Origin: Fictibacillus gelatini DSM 15865
GTDB lineage: Bacteria; Bacillota; Bacilli; Bacillales; Fictibacillaceae
Assembly (NCBI RefSeq): GCF_000430745.1
Contig: NZ_AUMP01000047.1
Span: 1 to 18,529 of the forward strand
DNA: 18,529 nucleotides
Direction of reading: 5' to 3'
Below, piece by piece: positions 14,605-18,529 of this stretch. Below the pieces are notes generated by a model that made no database searches, was not told the DNA's origin, and was given only the letters and a program-made list of their open reading frames with translations. How positions within the stretch are numbered: the first letter of the stretch is position 1; every line of letters starts with the position of its first letter. Position numbers and translations under genes: made by a program.

Positions 14605-14982
14605 TTATTCCATTGTCTCATTCATTGTAATAGTTTCGCTTGCTTCATGACCAGATTCTCCATGTCCTGGTCCAAACAAATTCAATATTACAACGCCTAC
14701 AAGAATCAGTGTTATTCCTGCAATGCTAGCCATGTTAAGTTTTTCCTTCCAAACTAAAACTGAAATTACTGTAGTCAAAACAAGTCCTAAACCTGCCCAT
14801 AATGCATATGCAGTGTTTAAGGGGATTGTTTTTAGCGACAAGGATAAAAAGAAAAAACAACCAACGAAAGCTATTATTACCCCTATTGTAGGATAGAGTT
14901 TTGAAAAGCCTTCAGATGCTTTTAATAGGGAAGAGCCAATAATCTCCCCCACTATTGCAAGTGCTAAATATAGATATGACAT
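14605..14982 (-). CDS. SMR-family multidrug/quaternary ammonium efflux transporter
   Basis: MSYLYLALAIVGEIIGSSLLKASEGFSKLYP... four TMs with conserved membrane Glu14 (GEI) and W62-type AYALWAGLG motif; extra His/Glu-rich C-terminal tail. Confidence 0.95.
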   Translation of the reverse strand: MSYLYLALAIVGEIIGSSLLKASEGFSKLYPTIGVIIAFVGCFFFLSLSLKTIPLNTAYALWAGLGLVLTTVISVLVWKEKLNMASIAGITLILVGVVILNLFGPGHGESGHEASETITMNETME

Positions 14983-15533
14983 TATTCGTCCTCCTGAATC
15001 ATGTTTATTAGTTCATCAAAAACTTGTGTTTTTAGTTCTTCATTTAATGGTGCCATTCCAAATATTTCTGAAAACCAAAGACCATCTATGGATAATCTTG
15101 TAATTGTTATTTTGACAGGATCAATTCCATCAGTTATTAACTTTGTATGCAAAATATCGTATCTCTGCCGGAATTCATCTAATAAATCTGGATTAATAAA
15201 CATAGCAGCCATTAGTGCGGAATTTAGATTATTGTTTTCTAAATCGGAAAATGTAGATTTAAGATAAGCCCTATTCCATTTTCCTATTGCGTTATCATCG
15301 TCGTTATTAACTAACGTATTAATGCATTCGAAATAATTATTTGTCCAATCTTCCACCATTCCTTTAATTAATGCTTCCTTGCTAGGAAAATGGTATAATA
15401 ATCCACCTTTACTCACGCCAGCTCTTTGGGTGACTGCCTCTAATGTGAGTTTGACAACTCCTTCTTCTTTTACAATTTCAGATGCAGCAATCAATATATT
15501 TTTTTTCTTATTAGCATGCTTTGAAATAGACAT
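14982..15533 (-). CDS. TetR/AcrR family transcriptional regulator
   Basis: N-term NKKKNILIAASEIVKEEGVVKLTLEAVTQRAGVSKGGLLYHFPSKEALIKGMV; TAATG overlap with the SMR gene; GGAGG RBS. Confidence 0.95.
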   Translation of the reverse strand: MSISKHANKKKNILIAASEIVKEEGVVKLTLEAVTQRAGVSKGGLLYHFPSKEALIKGMVEDWTNNYFECINTLVNNDDDNAIGKWNRAYLKSTFSDLENNNLNSALMAAMFINPDLLDEFRQRYDILHTKLITDGIDPVKITITRLSIDGLWFSEIFGMAPLNEELKTQVFDELINMIQEDE

Positions 15534-15560
15534 AATAACCTCCATAACTTAGATACATAT

Positions 15561-15589
15561 AATATACCGTCTGGACGGTTTTTTTGTCA
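15561..15589 (-). promoter_or_regulatory. Consensus promoter (TTGACA-17-TATATT) with operator ACCGTC-TG-GACGGT in the spacer
   Basis: TGTCAA 15584-15589 and AATATA 15561-15566 (minus-strand TTGACA/TATATT); inverted repeat 15566-15579. Confidence 0.85.
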
Positions 15590-15743
15590 ATCGAATTAAA
15601 GCTCTTATTTAATATCACTCTTTCACATAAAAATAATCCAATAAATTAATCTAAAGATTGTGAAGAAATGTACTTAAAGTAAAGGGAGCTTTAGTTCAAC
15701 AGTCGATTTCTTAAAATCGGCTTTATTTATGGGTGAAAATTAC

Positions 15744-15781
15744 ATTACCGTTGTAAATCCGCATTTTCAGGACTCTACCCC
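15744..15781 (-). repeat. Right terminal inverted repeat (38 bp), Tn3 family
   Basis: See mobile_element entry. Confidence 0.95.
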
Positions 15782-15867
15782 TCATAGAAAACATTTATCG
15801 GATGATTAAAATAGCCTCTATCAAATTTTGACGGGTGTAATTGAAAATGGGAAGGAGAATATGTTTT

Positions 15868-16482
15868 ATGAAAATCAGGGAACTTTTGGAGTTAACCCAA
15901 ACTATGAAGTTGGCCGACATTGCAAAAGAACATTTAGAAATGGGAGAGAAACCCGCCAGGGAAGCACTAAAAAAAGCCGGTTGTTATTCGATTAGTGGTA
16001 AAAAAGGTTGGTTCTTTGACGGTGATGACAATGTACTAAATCAGTCAATTTATGATTTTGCACCACCTAAAAGGATTAATCGAACTAAAGCTAAGGCGAA
16101 CGTTTCAACTAACCAACGAAAGAACGAAAGTTCTAAAGAACCAATGAACGAACAAACGTTAGAACCAACGTTCCAACGTTCGAACGTTGGAACGGAAGAA
16201 ATAAATCAAGGCAAGGCAGAAATAGCTACAACGGCAACAAAAGAGCGAACAAACGTTGGAACGTTGGAAGGTTCGAAGGTTGGAACGAAAGAACTAAACA
16301 AGAAAAGAACTAACGAACGTTCCAACGAAAGAACGAATGTTGTTAGGAAACGTGCCTCTTTTGATATCGATGAAAAATTGCTTAAGCAGTTGAAAATTCA
16401 AGCTGCCACCCACGACAAAACCATTTATGAAATGGTGGAAACTGCGATAAAGAACTATTTAGCTGAATTAAAAAATCTATAA
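15868..16482 (+). CDS. DNA-binding protein with N-terminal HTH-like region, repeat-rich linker and C-terminal ribbon-helix-helix domain (possible plasmid partition/copy-control factor)
   Basis: ATG 15868 with AAGGAG; N-term MKIRELLELTQTMKLADIAKEHLEMGEKPAREALKKAGCY; C-term RASFDIDEKLLKQLKIQAATHDKTIYEMVETAIKNYLAELK RHH. Confidence 0.75.
   Translation: MKIRELLELTQTMKLADIAKEHLEMGEKPAREALKKAGCYSISGKKGWFFDGDDNVLNQSIYDFAPPKRINRTKAKANVSTNQRKNESSKEPMNEQTLEPTFQRSNVGTEEINQGKAEIATTATKERTNVGTLEGSKVGTKELNKKRTNERSNERTNVVRKRASFDIDEKLLKQLKIQAATHDKTIYEMVETAIKNYLAELKNL
16155..16327. repeat. 8-bp-period repeat array based on TTGGAACG / CCAACGTT inside the coding sequence
   Basis: AACGTT at 16167, 16175, 16183 and 16252, 16260, then AAGGTT at 16268, 16276; 26-nt perfect palindrome CGTTCCAACGTTCGAACGTTGGAACG at 16169-16194. 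Confidence 0.85.
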
Positions 16483-16600
16483 AATATCGATTTCCCATTT
16501 TATTTTCAGTTGGGACTATAAGGGGTAAAGGTAGCATCCATTGATTTTTCTGCCGATAAATGTACATCTCTACCCCCTATAATCGTTTCTTTAAGAAACG

Positions 16601-16621
16601 AAAAACGAGCCTTAAGGCTCG
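16601..16621 (-). terminator. Rho-independent terminator of the minus-strand conjugation operon
   Basis: CGAGCC-TTAA-GGCTCG followed by TTTTTCG on the minus strand. Confidence 0.88.
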
Positions 16622-16635
16622 CCGATCAGCAACAA

Positions 16636-17037
16636 CTAATAATCTCCCCTAAAATACATGCTTGCAAATAAGGCTAAAATAAGAACCACGCCTATATTTT
16701 CAGTAAGGAATTTTGCTACCCCTTGTACAGCCGGCGGCAATATCCATCCGGCTATCATCCAAAGCAGCCAAAGTCCTGCAATCGCTCCATAACTCCAAGA
16801 ACCAATGCGGCCAATGATCCCAAGACCTACGTATCTTGATTTATAAAATAAGACGGAGAGGACGCCACAATAAACAATGGTTCCAAATTTCCACCAATTA
16901 AAATCCAAAAAGGCTGCGGTACCATTCGTGGACTTGCTCATTAATACCCGAGGAAAATACAAAAGAAAACCATAAAGCAAAATTAATCCAATAATTCCTC
17001 CGACAATGCAAAGAACAACTTTCCATACCCCCGACAT
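16636..17037 (-). CDS. Multi-TM membrane protein, probable conjugation accessory component
   Basis: ATG 17037 with AGGAGGGGTAAT RBS; about 4 TM segments; same operon as the genes below. Confidence 0.75.
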   Translation of the reverse strand: MSGVWKVVLCIVGGIIGLILLYGFLLYFPRVLMSKSTNGTAAFLDFNWWKFGTIVYCGVLSVLFYKSRYVGLGIIGRIGSWSYGAIAGLWLLWMIAGWILPPAVQGVAKFLTENIGVVLILALFASMYFRGDY

Positions 17038-17038
17038 A

Positions 17039-17668
17039 TTACCCCTCCTGATTGAATTTCTTTTTTGATTTAGGAGGAACAGTCGTTTCAAAAAAATCAG
17101 TTGTATATAACTTCCATTCCCCCTTTTCTTTTATCCATTCCGTCCAATATGTCCTTTTTTCATGTGAAAAATTATCATTACTTATAGCAAATACTTTAAT
17201 GGTGCCTGTTGTTTCATCGATTAAAGATTGCTTTATTTTTATATCTTTTAACCATCCTTGAGTTGGATCATTAATGTATTCACTTCCAGTTAATCCCCTT
17301 AAAGTGGTGCCCGATTCAAAATCTAATTCCAAATCAGACTTTAGTTTTTTATAAGAATTTTTTAGAAAGTCATCTGTCATAAAGGCTTTCACGAATCTAT
17401 CTAGTTGTTTGCTGTTGATCTCTTTTCCCTTGTTAAAAAATTTATATACTTGAAGTGCCTTTTTTTCGGCTGCTTTCACATCATTTTCACTAATTTTTTC
17501 TTGAGGTGTTTCTTGTTTCTTCTCTCCTTCTGCAATTACTTCTTTAGTAGGAGTTTCTTTTTGAGCAGAACGTTCACCAACAACGAAGGCAACCGCCCCA
17601 ACAAGAGCGATCGCTAAAACACCGATAATAAAATAAAGTCGTTTTATTTTTTTCTTTTCATCACTCAT
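17039..17668 (-). CDS. Conjugation-associated single-TM protein with a folded extracytoplasmic domain (VirB8/TcpC-like position)
   Basis: MSDEKKKIKRLYFIIGVLAIALVGAVAFVVGERS TM anchor then KALQVYKFFNKG...TEWIKEKGEWKLYTTDFF; GGAGG RBS; adjacent to the TrbL-like gene. Confidence 0.7.
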   Translation of the reverse strand: MSDEKKKIKRLYFIIGVLAIALVGAVAFVVGERSAQKETPTKEVIAEGEKKQETPQEKISENDVKAAEKKALQVYKFFNKGKEINSKQLDRFVKAFMTDDFLKNSYKKLKSDLELDFESGTTLRGLTGSEYINDPTQGWLKDIKIKQSLIDETTGTIKVFAISNDNFSHEKRTYWTEWIKEKGEWKLYTTDFFETTVPPKSKKKFNQEG

Positions 17669-17671
17669 CTT

Positions 17672-18523
17672 TTAACCTCCAAGGGCTTTTTTGGTCATCA
17701 TCTTGTACATTGCGAATTTCCCAACACCGCCAGCCGCATTGACCATCCCCCGTCCGGCTCCCGTAGAATAAATAAATTGGCGAAGCCAACCGGGGCCTTT
17801 TAACAAGACAAATATTAGACCACAAGCTTTGATATAATCAGCTAGTCCACTACCACCCGCAATCATGTTATAGATAAGCCACAGCCCTGTGACTTGAAAA
17901 GCTTGCATAAACACTACTGCACATGCTTCTCGCCACCATGCCGGAAAGATGTTCATTTCGCCATTGACCATTGTAATCGACGCCGCCGGAGATAAAACAA
18001 GCAAGTACATCAACTCACCCTGTCGGATGATATATTGAATACAGAGAACTAAAAAAAGAACAACGGTTATTAAAACCATTAACGTAAGGCTTAGGTTCCC
18101 TCCAGGGGTTGGATTCAATAATTTCATAAATTGACTGCCATTCAGCTTTAATCCTTGATCGATGATGAAATTTACCCATAGATTATTTATTTTTAATAGG
18201 ACATCCGTTAGTATCCAGGGGGTTGAACAAGCAAAAACCACCCCTAAAATTGATCGCCAGATAACCTCCGATGAACCCCGGCTTGCCCCGCCTTGCATCT
18301 CCTCAAAATAAATTTTTAAAAGATTAAAAGCTAGGAGAGTACCTGCGATTGTTGTAGCGAAGATGAACACCCAATCATACATTTGATTTAAATACTTATG
18401 TTGGGAAAAATCTGTTGGATTCACAACATATAACTTAAGCCATTTCATTGCTACCCTTCCGAATTCCTTGGCTAATTCGTTCAACATGTCTTTAAAGCTG
18501 TCAACCGGATTAAAAATGCTCAT
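17672..18523 (-). CDS. TrbL/VirB6-like polytopic conjugal transfer protein (start close to window edge)
   Basis: Multiple TMs; YIIRQGELMYLLVLSPAASITMVNGEMNIFPAWWREACAVVFMQAFQVTGLWL typical of Gram-positive TrbL/VirB6-like proteins. Confidence 0.8.
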   Translation of the reverse strand: MSIFNPVDSFKDMLNELAKEFGRVAMKWLKLYVVNPTDFSQHKYLNQMYDWVFIFATTIAGTLLAFNLLKIYFEEMQGGASRGSSEVIWRSILGVVFACSTPWILTDVLLKINNLWVNFIIDQGLKLNGSQFMKLLNPTPGGNLSLTLMVLITVVLFLVLCIQYIIRQGELMYLLVLSPAASITMVNGEMNIFPAWWREACAVVFMQAFQVTGLWLIYNMIAGGSGLADYIKACGLIFVLLKGPGWLRQFIYSTGAGRGMVNAAGGVGKFAMYKMMTKKALGG

Positions 18524-18529
18524 TTCTTC

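Larger units (their letters stand above)
14366..15781. mobile_element. Non-autonomous Tn3-family mini-transposon / mobile insertion cassette carrying tetR + SMR efflux gene
   Basis: 38-bp terminal inverted repeats, 33/38 identical (GGGGTAGCGTCAGGGAAATGCGGATTTACAACGGTAAG at 14366-14403; complement of GGGGTAGAGTCCTGAAAATGCGGATTTACAACGGTAAT at 15744-15781). Flanked by a 5-bp direct duplication TCATA (14361-14365 and 15782-15786). No transposase or resolvase inside. Confidence 0.95.

Noticed and set aside
15001-15267. 88-aa plus-strand ORF
   Set aside because: Antisense to the TetR gene.
14366-15781. Autonomous transposon
   Set aside because: The interval contains only the TetR and SMR genes plus non-coding DNA; no tnpA or tnpR can be read.
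16140-16345. CRISPR-like or microsatellite interpretation of the repeats
   Set aside because: The repeat unit is only 8 bp with no unique spacers and lies inside an ORF; neither CRISPR nor simple codon-level repetition fits.

Overview
The window looks like part of a Firmicutes (Bacillaceae-type) conjugative plasmid or related element. From left to right I can support the following. (1) The start of a helix-turn-helix replication-initiator-like gene on the minus strand. It runs off the left edge, is absent from the ORF track, and carries iteron-like 22-bp repeats. (2) A small excisionase-like HTH gene and a GC-rich structured non-coding region. (3) A MerR-like HTH/coiled-coil gene. (4) A putative control region whose operator-like palindrome (TTGAATATTAATATTCAA) recurs five times. 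(5) A likely oriT followed by RHH auxiliary protein, small HUH relaxase and VirD4/TraG-type coupling protein, with an EssB/YukC-like protein directly downstream. (6) Secreted and membrane proteins of unknown function and a NYN/PIN-like nuclease. (7) A type I toxin-antitoxin locus missed by the ORF track: a 27-aa Hol_Tox-like peptide with nested 5'/3' long-range pairing and a convergent antisense RNA candidate. (8) A complete 1416-bp non-autonomous Tn3-family mini-transposon (38-bp IRs, 5-bp TSD TCATA) carrying a TetR regulator and an SMR efflux gene, with no transposase. (9) A HTH+RHH gene with an 8-bp-period DNA repeat array embedded in its coding region. (10) A minus-strand conjugation operon ending in a TrbL/VirB6-like protein. 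The strongest candidates for something under-described are the in-gene octamer array (9), the EssB-like/T4CP pairing (5), the TTGAATATTAATATTCAA regulon with a tandem RHH-like protein (4), the type I TA (7) and the mini-transposon (8). All homology calls come from reading motifs and fold-like patterns; no database search was run.
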